From Paraglomus brasilianum (lineage: Eukaryota), in NCBI GenBank assembly GCA_910592345.1, contig CAJVPI010000003.1:1-64000 (forward strand): a DNA stretch of 64,000 bases, written 5' to 3'. Position 1 is the stretch's first letter, and every line of letters begins with the position of its first letter. The notes beneath the pieces are model-generated. The model ran no database searches. It had not been told where the DNA came from and was given only the letters and a program-made list of their open reading frames with translations. Below, piece by piece: positions 63,371 through 64,000 of the stretch. The translations under genes were made by a program, and so were the position numbers.

Positions 63371-64000
63371 AAAAAAATATACATAAGGGGAACAACCAAG
63401 TAAGTGTAATTTAGAATTTACAGAATACGTAAATTATTCTCTTACTGATTGGGGTATCCACATCCATCCATCCATGGTCCAATTCTCCGCCAACAGACTC
63501 ATAATGTGCGAATATACGAAGACATTCGTAATTTTAACGATCGAACAAAGAAGCCGAGGCAGCCATTTGTGGTATAGGCAGCCGCTTTTGCGTCCTAAAA
63601 AAGATGTTTATTTCATTTAACATTTCACCTTCTTCCCCCTAATCCTCGAAATCATATAAATACTCTGTTTGACGAAATTTCATCAACATCTGATCATATG
63701 ACGATAAATCAGAAAAGATTCGAAGCAAGCTATTACGTTCTTCTGGACAAAAGCATACAACCATGGGGACAATTAGTTCATTAAGCTTGTTCAAGTCAGT
63801 ATTCCAGTGCAAGACGTATTTTGGAAGTCAGAGGAGTTCCTTGTATGTCTTCACAGTCCCTGATGGTGTCACAGCCCCTAACGTGATCCTCAGTTGGCAG
63901 CAAAATTAGGCCACAAGGCTGACTTTTAGTGACTTGCTTGACACTACCATGGAAACCAGAGATTGGTGCTGCTTGGAGGATGTGTGAAGATAAGGTGAAG

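Noticed and set aside
63640..64000. Coding-like sequence on the minus strand at the window end
   Set aside because: Broken frames, truncated by the window edge, no family recognised.
1..64000. tRNA, rRNA, snRNA or telomerase RNA genes
   Set aside because: No cloverleaf/T-loop, rRNA or template signatures were seen by eye; a covariance-model scan would be needed to exclude them.

Overview
Eukaryotic, intron-rich, AT-rich fungal DNA. The decayed TKL-type kinases with WT(S/T)GN motifs, Sel1 repeats and a MATA-type HMG box suggest an early-diverging fungus (Mucoromycota, probably Glomeromycotina); this is inference. Spliced genes I could reconstruct by hand: a Sch9-like C2+AGC kinase, a TMEM19/DUF92 protein, UBC8, RPB10, an ARMT1/DUF89 protein, GLE1, an MgtA-like P-type ATPase, ornithine decarboxylase antizyme and a hotdog-fold thioesterase. 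Intronless ORFs include a secreted SOD-fold-like protein, a LITAF-like protein with a hexapeptide tandem array, and one orphan. Between them lie pseudogenes, MITEs and transposase relics. Main findings: (1) the antizyme +1 frameshift site UCC-UGA exists only after splicing, because an intron sits inside the UGA and the rest of the site is on a 27-nt micro-exon; a YYYST..EWR nascent-peptide motif precedes it and a hairpin follows it. (2) The MgtA-like gene appears to need a non-canonical GA-AG intron to build its catalytic DKTGT motif, and has an MFEP-stop uORF overlapping its start codon. (3) The thioesterase gains a peroxisomal SKL only if its last intron is removed. All calls come from reading the sequence; no searches were run, and no tRNA, rRNA or CRISPR array was found.
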